From Lepidodermella squamata (lineage: Eukaryota; Animalia; Gastrotricha), in assembly GCA_047495785.1 (NCBI GenBank), contig JBLDXI010000007.1, positions 186,001-250,000 on the forward strand: a stretch of DNA of 64,000 nt. Reading direction: 5' to 3'. Positions 48,553 through 59,286 of the stretch are shown in pieces. How positions within the stretch are numbered: position 1 is the first letter of the stretch; each line of letters starts with the position of its first letter. A model generated the notes under the pieces. It was not told the DNA's origin. It did not search any database and worked only from the letters and a program-made list of their open reading frames with translations. A program made the position numbers and the translations under genes.

Positions 48553-51500
48553 TTAATTATTCGTAGTCGAAATGACTAGCAGCGATCGGCGCATTTTCTC
48601 AGAGCTTGTCTCGTAGCGGTTGACGTTAAGGCCGCGAGACGTTGCTAAGGGTGATTGGGACATTATTGGGCTAGTGCATTGCGCGCGTCGATGGCCGATG
48701 CCGTCGCAATTCGCGCATCGAATGACATTTGGCCCAGGCGCTGCTGTTATCATGCGATCGCCGGCCCATGTTGAAGAGACGTAGCCATTTTCCAGCAGCC
48801 GCTTGATTTTTTCATCGACAGTCAGAGTCGCTACCTTAAAAATTAAAGACTAATCAATAAAAATTAAAAGAATTTCGGCTGAAAAAATTGACCTTATTAT
48901 TCTTTTTCAAACACTCGTATTGCAAAAATTTGATAAATCCACCAATTAACAGGCCAATTAGCAAAAGGATAAACGCCGGTAACATATCACTGCATCGAAG
49001 CTGGGCAGACCTGAACTCGTTAATTCGTGAACTATTACAATCACTACCCCCGAAAAACCACTGTTCTTCCAAGTTTTTCAGAAATCCTGAAACGAAACGA
49101 GATAAATTAAGAAATAATTATTTTTTAAATATTTTACCGTTATTTCGATAGTTGATTATCGCATCATCAAATACCGATAGCCAATCAGAGTCCTTCGGCA
49201 GCCCGAAACTGTAGCTAAACAAGCCGTGGGAATTAGGACCGATCTGTAGCATGCACTCTGAATCTTTCATTGCTTTGAATTTCAATATCGCCTCATCGTA
49301 TATAAATGCATCGTATCCCCTAAAAACGAGTTAATACATCAATTTTCTTGAGTATTCATTCTCTGAAATGTAACCTGTTTAGTAAGGACTCGATAGCACC
49401 ATCAACAGTGGTATTTGATAGGAATTCTATGTTTGGTAGGACATGATCAAAGCCGTTTCGTATGAAAGATAAGATGTCATCCTCAGCTAGGCTTGCGAGC
49501 CGATACCTCGGGTTCCTAGAGAAGGGATTCGCCAGTTTTTGATCATCAAGCCCGCTGAATTTTGCTTCCTCTCCAGCGTTTGATTCCGAAATGAGAAATA
49601 CAGCTAGATTAGCCGCGTAAAGGCAGGAGAAGATTGTACAACAAATAGCGACTACGGATCTGACTAGATTGACGGAATTTGATCGAGAACAACGGGTCGA
49701 TAGGCAAAGCTCAGAGCTGAAGATGCGATTTGGTTTAAATTTAGAGCCGGCCAAGTTTTCGAAAAGGCAAACGGAAAAACTAGCGAATATCAGCGTGACG
49801 AAGGTAGCAAACCACGTTTCCAACGAAAAAGGCTCTAAACAGCGCGATTATTTGAATTATCAAGGAATTATCGAAAATTATACCTAAGAGCAATTTCCAC
49901 TTGGGTTTCCTTTCAGAAACGTAAGCCAATGTTAGGCCTGTTTGAAGAACTGGAGTTGATATCTCGATGAAATCTGACTTGTACGCCAGGCTTGATTTCA
50001 GCGGCGCCAAAATTACGTCTGCTTCGCGGGAAACCACTTCATCCCACATCTTGTTGGCAAACTTTTAAAATTTCAAAATTAATTTAAATTATACTAACAG
50101 TAGTATTGTTTGTAAACAGCGACCTGAAATGAAAAAAAGTTGAGAATTATAGAAAAATAATTTTTTGGAGCAACCTCTCCTCTTTCGGTACTTCGTAAAA
50201 GTGTAGCTGGAAACCGATGTCTCTTGAGAGCCGCGAGATCAAATCGATAAAAAATCCGCGGATGCATGAAACACTTCTAGCCGGTAGAATAGGACTGTCG
50301 AAACAGGGAAAAGTTCCCAAAGGACATTTCTCAGCAGCATTTTTCGGGTCGAAAACGACAAAAGGCGCCGCGTGCCAGGTTCCAATTCGCAAATATCGGT
50401 TTCTTAACTGGCTTTCTATCGCTGATTTCTTTGAAATTTTCAAGCCCGAGAATTTATTCCAACTTGCAATAGACGTCCATTCTAGCGATTTGCTGAGCTC
50501 GAAGAATGTCACATTCTCGCCTGGACTGATTTCTTCCCCCGACAAATCGACCTCTGCCTTGGTATTGCGGAGAATTCGCTCGAGAACTTCGCCATAAGCC
50601 CATCCAGCGCCAAGGCGATCCCTGCCACAAAGTGACTTGGTCTTCGGCGAAATGTCATTCGGTGTCATATCGTAGAGCCTGGCGAACTTCTGCATGGCTT
50701 TAAACCAGAGACGAACTGCGTATCTCGCCGTTATCATTTGCGTTTCCATCCAATGATCGAAGGTGATAACGGTGGTACCAGGTGTGGCATTCACCAACCG
50801 CTCAAATTTACCATCTGGAGAGACAGCAATTACTTGAATTCTGCGATTATTTGCTATCCCCAAGTTTCGAATTTCCGTGAAGATTGAATCCAACATTACG
50901 TCACTGCTAGTGAGGAGAATTACTGCCTAAATACAAAAAAAATCAGTTATAGTTTTAATTTTGCACTTGCTTTGAACCTGTAAATTAGTGAATGAAGCAT
51001 TCCGGACGGTTAGCAGTTCCGATTTAACGACGGACTTCCAATTTGATCCCGGTAGTGTTCGACGACGAGGGGTAACCCATTCGCTCTGCTTTTTCATCGT
51101 CTCAAAGCTGAATTCGTTGAATCCCGGGGTACCTTCCATTCCTATCATGGTGATTTGACGTTTCCTGGGCCTTGAGTCGAGAAATGCAATCATTGCATTC
51201 GCCAACACTTTGGCTGACGGGAACAGCGAAACCTCGCCGGGCAAATGTTGTTCAAAGGCCGAGAAGCTCCATAATAGGTAAGGAATTTTCACGGAACTTG
51301 CAATAAACTTTAATAGATTCACCAAATCAGGACTTGTTTGGTCGTCCGAAATGATGACTAGCGCATTCAGACCAGTCGCCTGAGTCGAACAAAACACGTC
51401 ATTTACAGCCTCGTTAGCACCTGTCGACGCTAGGAAGACCGGGTTCAGTTGGAACCTGAAAATTATCGGCCGGTCGTTGCTAGCTCGATTAGGGGTGGAG

Positions 51501-51724
51501 ATGAACGTTTCGTGCTTTGAATTTATCCATTGAAATTGCGGATAGTTAAGGAGGTTTCGACTAGGTAGAACCACGCTTAGGGTGACTGGTTGCACGAGGA
51601 CAGCCCGAGGTACCTTGACGTTAAGACTTATCGTCCCGACGACTTTGGCAAAACAAAGCAGGCTAATAATCGATATCATTATTGTCAGTATTGTCCAGAA
51701 AAAAATAGTTTTATATTGGCTCAT
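48553..51724 (-). CDS. NR2-B: highly divergent GluN2-like subunit with CCHC knuckle and degenerate pore loop
   Basis: IGTWHAAPF, CIRGFFIDLI, LYAANLAVF, AFIYDE (exon ~49140-49320), M4; last exon CANCDGIGHRRAQC. Confidence 0.82.
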
Positions 51725-51864
51725 CAGCCCTCATCTATCAGTTCGCGACTGTATCAAATATCGCAGTGGCCATAACAACAAGTGACCCATATTATTTTCA
51801 CTGAGTTAGTTCAAAAGCCCAATATTTTGTAAATACGCATTGGTGCAATTTATTTTAGGTCATG

Positions 51865-54800
51865 TTAGGTTTGGTATTCTTTGATGGCTTTCAACAAATT
51901 CATAGGCGGACTGGCGCATTTTCTGAACGTGTGACCTCGACCGCCGCAATTGGCGCACACTAGGTAATTAAGGCTGACAGTCGCTAGGTCAAATCGTGGC
52001 TTTTTCGAGTCACTGTTCGTTGTAATCACGTATCTTCGCATCATTTGCTGCTTCAATTGAGCCCGGATTCCAGACTATAGAAATTATAACAAAATTAACG
52101 AAAAATCCTGTTTAATTTGGTTATGTCCCGTAAGCGCAACCTCAGGAGCGTAACCTCGCTTGTGCGTAACCATTTGTGTGCGCAACCGATGTGCGCGACC
52201 GACGTGCGCAACTATTGGGCGAAACCTGCTGTGTGTAAATAAATAAGTCAAAACACGAGGTAATTCCCATTAGTTCAACCGCGCAAATGTGCACATTCAC
52301 GGAATTTTCAACCAGCCGTGTATTTGTCTAACCAATTCGCCCAACTCTGCGAACACAAATTTAAAAAAATGTATTTATTCAAAATTTTAAAAAATTGCGT
52401 GATAAACGGAGCTAAAGTTTTGATCACCATCGTAAACCGTTTGCTAGCAAACATTTATTAATTCAACTGTTGACAACATGATCCACCTTAACATAAATAG
52501 CACCCCGGCTGCAGCTGTGAGGACGAAGAATCACAGCTACTAAGCGGACGCGGCAGGCCTCTGAAGACTCAAAATGAATCAATCTCGCAATCAAGATGGA
52601 TTTTGAAATGTGGTTTTTAGCTGTAGACAGGCAGCGAGCATTTTTTTAAATTACTGTAAGGCCACGCTATTAGGCTCTCTTGACGAAGTCGATGCTCGCG
52701 TTAATATTAATGGAATTACTTTTATGATCCACCTTAATAACAATAAAAAGTAATCACGGATGAAGTATCTCCTGAACGCGGAAAAGCAACGTCCTTTTGG
52801 AGTTCAAATCTCAACGGGCTATACTATAAAGCAAACAAGCCGCTGCGCGCACTCACACGTAGAGTCACCCTCGCCATCCTCGTCGCCTCTCCACGACTCC
52901 CCATGGTCTAGCGTCTAGCTTACCGCCACTTGAAATAATTCATCTTCCTTGATCACACCTGCGATGTTTGCGCACAATAATCGCACTGATACAAAAGCGT
53001 ACCTTTTATTGCAGGCTCATAAAAATTATTGCAGGTTCCTCCCTTCACCCCAGTACTTCGCCTAATGCAAAATTTCCAATAACTAGTTCGACTTTGAATC
53101 CGCTCGCATTTATCTGATTTGAGGGATTCAATATTTTCGATGGAAATTTCCTCCGGCAACAAGCTAATTTCTGACATTAATTTAAGATATTAAAATGTGA
53201 GCGAAGAAAATTTCTCCTTTGGTTTCAAAAGGCTGAATACACTCAGCCTTTCCTGGAATTATCTCTTCGCAAAAATAAGACTTTGGTGGACACACTAAAG
53301 AGCTGAACTTTGGAGCGCACGCTAATTGTTCAATTGATCGTAGCTACGACTCCGGGATTTTTTGCAAGAATGCAAGCACGATTACTGAAGGTTTTCCACT
53401 TAGCTGCCATGCTCTCTACTTCGCGGATGAGTTAGATCATAGCCGATCATGTCAAATGACTTGAACTAGAGGTGAAATTTCGTCAGCGGCGTTTCAAAAT
53501 TAATGGTAATTTTAATAAACTTTGGCATACAGCTGTAACATAAACGTTTTTGACAAGGAAAAAAATTACCGAAATTTTTTATAATTCATAGGGGTTTATC
53601 ACCCTAGCATATAGGGTATACATTTTCTCCCTGTTTTATGGTCGAAATAAATTTTCACCGTCTTCTAACAATTTTACGGCATAAATACAAAAGGTTACGC
53701 ACACAGGTTGCGCACAGCAAAAGTTACGCACAGAAAGTTACGCACGCGCGGTTGCGCTCTTGAGGTTGCGCTTACGGGAATTGACCGTTTAATTTTAGAC
53801 TTACCAGCCCCATGAATCTCACGATATATTTAGAAAAAAATGTTTCGAGTATCAAGATGAACATGCTGAGACAAAGGCCGAGAAGAAGCAGAACAAAGGC
53901 CGATGTGAAGTTGAGAATGCCAAGTTGGAACGATTTGTTAGACTCCTGTTTCCTGTGCTTCTTACAAGCTCCACTGAGCCAAAATTCGCTGAGCTGTTGC
54001 AGAAACGAATTGTGTTGATAATCAATCACGTATTTATCGAAAACTGGCAGCCACTTTGAGCCTTTCGGAAAGCCAATGCCGTACCCGGTCATCGAGTACC
54101 ACTTGCCAACTGTTGTCAGACGGCACTCCTTATCCCGGCTTGATTTGTAGTCCAAAACAGTTGCGTCGTAGATGAATGCATCGAGGGTACCGTTTTTTAC
54201 AGCTTCAATGCCGGTTTGAGCCGAACTCTGGTTGAACTGGCGCATGTATTCGAACATGTCCAGGTAATTAGTGCGCATGAAGGCCTCCGTAGCGCCCGAT
54301 GATAGAGTGCCGAAGCGAAATGGCGGGTTTTTCGAGAAAGGATTCTGAAGCTTTTTAAGTTGAAATTTTAGAAAAGGAAAAATCTGTAAAACCTGTAAGC
54401 TTACCCGTGGGTCTTCTAGTCCTGTAAAGTCGTAAAATTCATCTTTCGTGATCATGAAAACAGCCTGGAAATTCATCAAATTATTTCGAGAAAATTGAAA
54501 GTCGAGAGAAACTAACAAGATTAGCCATGTATGAAGAAGCGAAAATCACGCAAAACATGCCCCAAATTGCGATTAGAAACTTTGCGGCAAATGTTTTCGG
54601 AACTTGAACTCGAACGGCGGCCTTGAAAAGCATGGCCCATACCAACCAAAGTGACGAAAATAATGGATGGACAGCTGGAGTAAAATTAATATTTTTTCCA
54701 AATTTGCAGGCATTTTAATTAATTATACATGATTTTCTGCTGGTCATTTGCTGGATTTCGTAGTTATGGTCTGTTCCCCAGTTCTCACTCTTCACAGCGA

Positions 54801-57597
54801 TGTATTCGAAGACAAACGAAGATACGACTACGGCGTTGACACATCCGATCATGATTGCAAGCCAAGCCATCATAGAAAAAGGCTCAAGAATCGCCATTGC
54901 CGAGATGGCTCCTTGTTTTATCGCTACAACCATTGTTATACCCGTCTCAAGGAACGGTATGCCGAAATCGATGGCCTCACTCCGGTCTTTGTTAATTTTC
55001 AACGACGTCATCACAACATCGGCCTCACCGTCGATAAGAGCCCGAACTAGACCGTTCCATTCACCGCTAAATTTATCCTTGACACCCCTGAAATGAACCA
55101 CCTTAATTCTGCGTGAAAAATGCCAGGAAACTGACCATTTTTGATCTTTGACTTCGAATAGGTGGAATTTAAATCCGATGTCGTTGGATAAACGGATGAG
55201 CAAGTCGATACATAGGCCGGAACAACAAATTTTCGAACCGTTGGCTACGTGATCAGTTTCTTCTGGCAAATTGTACTCGCCGAAATACGATGCATTAAGT
55301 TGTCTGAAAAAAAATTAAATATTCATACATCGGAAAAATGGAACAAAATTGAAAGCTTTTTCAACAATCAAATTCACACACGTCAATCCGCCACAAAAAA
55401 AGCAAAATTGACCTCATTTCCTTGATAATCAATCCAAGACTTTCTGTTTCAGAAATATCCCTTGACCTAACACGGATGACATAGGGTCGTGAAAATGCTA
55501 AAAAATCGATAAAAAAATAATATAAAAAATACTTACTCCTCGTAACTTTCTTTGATTTTGTTAGACCGTGAAACTTCGCAAGGTAAGGTTCCTCTTGGAC
55601 ATGACCCCGTGTGATCGGCCGAACCGTAAATAACATAAGGCGGCTCTTCCAAGGTGGCAATACGTAGCGTTGCACTGTCAATCTGACTAGTCTTCATTTG
55701 AACAATCTGCGTCGCATTAGCAACCAGTCCGTAGTTAGGCGACCACTCGCCGAATTTTACCCACTGCCTTATCGGGTTTAAATACGCCAAAATGAGGCGC
55801 TCTGTCGATTGGAAATGATCGTCGTCGCCCTTGGCAAGTTCGGCCTTGGCCTGGGCCAGTTCATCGGCGAATGCGTCATGATAAGCCCACGGTTCTGGGT
55901 TCATAACTTTGTCGCAAAACGGCTCGGGAGCTATAGCGTCGAGAATTATCTGGGGATGCGATGTCTCTTCGTCATCGAGTAACGTCTGGATGAATCGCCT
56001 CACGGCAACAGACCAAATGTGAGTCGCACCTTTAATAAATCAAAATGACCGATTACCGATTATTATAACAATTTAGACCAGAACCCTTCCTAAATTTAGG
56101 ACTCCACTACTCAGCGGTGAGGAGACATTTAGAAAATATGATAAGCCAAAGGATTTGGGTAATTTTGGACAACAAATGTCTTTGGGCGTTTTAAAATCAG
56201 TCCAACGTCAGAAATTTAAGACGAAGGTGTGTAAAATGATTTTTTATGTTCTTACAAATTTTGGCGATTTTGCTATTTTTGCCTATTTTTGGTGATCGAA
56301 AGCATTTTTGAATTGAGTTTGACAAATAGCGGGTAATTTGGGGCGCTAATTTGCATATGGAATGACATTGTGAGCTTTCAGTTTTTATTGATCCTTGGGC
56401 CAATAAAAAAATAAAAAAAAAATGACCCAGTCCGAAATTCTCCTAAATAATCATGAAAATTCCGAAAATTTCGAAATGGCATTTTTTGGGTGAACTAATT
56501 ATTTCAGTAATACATAAAACATTTCCTGTCTCACCTTTTAGGATTTCAAGCTGAGCATCATAGGATGTATCGTATGTTACAACAATCACGCCAGGTACGA
56601 AATTGAGTAAGGGTGTATCGTTAATATCGTTATCACCAAGAGCCGGCTTGCCAACAATCCAAAGGTACTCCTCAGCAGTCATTCCGAGGGTCCTCGCCTC
56701 GCTAAACACGTCATTAGCTTCCTCGGCTCGTGCGTACAAAACTATGGCTCGAGTTTTAGCAGAGTCGCGAATGTAAAGTAATTCCTCACGAACCATCGAC
56801 CGCCAATCACGGCCGAGCTTCGCCACATGGATCTAAAAATAAATTATAAGTAACAAATAGATTTTGTCGAAGAATTCTTATACTAGTCTCGAAGCTGAGT
56901 GGTGGCGATGTAGGTCGTAGGTCGTCTGAGACGATCGCCTCTCCTTATCAGCCAGTTCGAAAAGCTCCCTCGCAAACGCATCATGACCCGGCGTAAGCTC
57001 AGTCCCAATTAAACTGAATTTCTGCCACGGTTGCGATTTTAGAAAGTCGAAAATCGCCGTAGCTTGCTCTTGAATTCGCGGCGCTAACAACAGCCGATTT
57101 TGTTCGTTATCATGCTCGAGCTCGAATGACGACGAACTCCATGCGAGCGTAGGAATTCCGACATTTTTTGCGAGGCTGGTTAAAAAATTAGCCATCCTCG
57201 TGCCATCGTCGCCCTGTTCGCGCTTATCAGTAATAATCAGAATCGCATTAAGGCCTTTCGCAGCTCTTGAGCAAAACACGTTTCGAACAGTTTCCTGAAC
57301 GCTCATGCCTTTAACGTAGACAGGATTAACCTGAAGCCGGTGGACTATGCCCCGATGTTCGCCGGAGTCGCTGCTGCTTTCGAATGGCAGGTAATTCGGC
57401 AAGAGACCATCGGCTAAATACTGCCGCAAATTGTTACGCGTCGACGGCTTTGTCAGGTTATGATTAGGCAGTACGAAGGCCAGAGTTGCCGTTAAAATGT
57501 GGGCTGGTATCAGTGGTTCTTGCTTCAGATTGCGTGGTTTTAGAGCAAGAGCCGAGGCGAGAAAAAAGGGCGCAAAAAATATGCTTAAAAAATCCAT
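51865..57597 (-). CDS. NR2-A: most conserved GluN2/NMR-2-like subunit with C-terminal CCHC knuckle
   Basis: IATLEEPPY, CCSGLCIDLL, SLKINKDRSEAIDFGIPFLETG, WLVWAMLFKAAV, SYMANL|AVFMITK, AFIYDATVLDY, WYSMTGYGIGFPKGS; last exon CANCGGRGHTFRKC. Confidence 0.92.
52127..53778. mobile_element. 1.65-kb TIR DNA transposon in the last intron of NR2-A
   Basis: TIR cccgtaagcgcaacctcaggagcgtaacc versus ggttgcgctcttgaggttgcgcttacggg; subterminal gtgcg(t/c)aacc repeats at both ends; no intact transposase ORF and no clear TSD. Confidence 0.85.
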
Positions 57598-57991
57598 CTT
57601 CAAAAAAAATGAGCGCCAAAAAATCACGCTCTTTTCAGCAGCTTCTGAATAAATTCGATTTGCGACGCTATTGTTTGGCAATATTTGTTTATCTAGTAAA
57701 TTTGCCTGTTTATTTATTAGCGGTGTATTCTTCTTCTATTTGTCCTGCCGCGCTTCGCCAAAATTTGTGCGTGGGTGGTATTTCTTTTGTTGGCCTATTT
57801 CTGCCGGCATCTATTGGGAAATGAAAACCGAAACTCTGTGTGTTACTAATTTAATTAGTTTATTTTTATAGCACAACAAATAATTTACTAGAATTAGGAA
57901 GTATAAACACGACGTAAAGTAGTATTAAAATACAGCCTCTCCGATTGATTCTCACTTTCATTTGCGTCGCTTGAGTCGAACTAGAGTTTGA

Positions 57992-59022
57992 TTATTCGAA
58001 AGGCCGTCTTTGACGCCACTCGAACGCCCCGTAGCCCAGGTCGATTTCGGCCGGCTTCTTCTCGTAAAGGCTTTTATCATCAACACCCTCCTCGCCATCA
58101 GGGCTTAAACCAGGTCGCGGGTCAATAACAGTATCAAATTTTGACGACTTGAAATGCACGCCTTGAAATTACAAAAAAACTAAATGAGTCTCATATAAAG
58201 TTGACCTCTAACCTCCTTTAATTGCGGGGTTATCCGAAATAAGTGTGACATAAAGCGCTGGTGTCCGCATTACAAGTAGACCCTCACTCGGATTCAATAC
58301 AACTGAATAAAAAAATTAGAATTAAATTAATAAAAAATCAATTGAGCTTACATCCATTAGCAGCGAGATCCTCGGCATCTTTTAGGAAAACAAGAGTATT
58401 TCCATTCAACCGGCGTATCCTTTCGCTTTCTGTCACGTTGACAGTCGATCTAATAACAGCCTTGTTATTTTTCATTGTAGCCCGGTCATAGAAAAATCCG
58501 ATGACATCGCCAGCTTTCACTTCCATCGGTTTAGGCAACTGCCAATGCGCCCAGTCGCTGAACATGGCCGGTAGAAAAATCAGGTAGGTTTGCTCGACCA
58601 TTGTTATTGTCGTCGGGTCATTTCGCCGAAATAACGCTAAATGCAGGCCAGATACAACAGGCGCGGCTGATAGAAAGTGAAAGTGCGTAAGTTTCGCGTC
58701 GCATTCAATTTCCATGTCCAGAAATATTGATAGGCCCATGTCTAAGCTTGGATAACGCGTTGGCGGCCCCGTCAACTCTGAAGGCATGTGCTTAATTTCG
58801 AACATGCACGACACAGCATCGTCTATGTAACCTCGGCAGGTACAAATCAAAACCGCTAACTAGTGAATAAAGATGTATTTTATTATAATTCTAAGAGCAA
58901 AATGATTTTTCACCGAGATTAGAACTGCCGCCGTAGTGATAGGCATCGGTTGTAGAATTAACTAAAAAAATTGGCTGTATTTCCTGGTTTCGAGGACAAA
59001 CAGGTAGAAAACTAAGCCTCAT
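57992..59022 (-). CDS. K5: secreted GLHLAxFRP-domain protein lacking the Kunitz domain
   Basis: Proposed MRLSFLP|LAVLICTCRG start; FLDMEIECDA, GLHLALFRR, GDVIGFFYD, RTPALYV; ends ..WRQRRPFE* without Cys. Confidence 0.72.
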
Positions 59023-59286
59023 TAGCGCCAAGGACCGTGACTCGAGCCAGATGTACTCGTGGCTATTTATGTCGCGAAAAATAACCACCGCGCCAACATT
59101 GTTTATCGCTAGAAAAAAACCCAGCTTAACGCGCGAGCCACGTTACATTTTTATTACACACATTCGTTGCTCATGCAATTATTATTTCACGCTGACAACA
59201 CTATAAGTAAATAAATTACAATAAGCGGAAGTAAATATTTTATGCACGATTGAGGTTTTTTTACGACGGGACATTTTCAGTACGTT

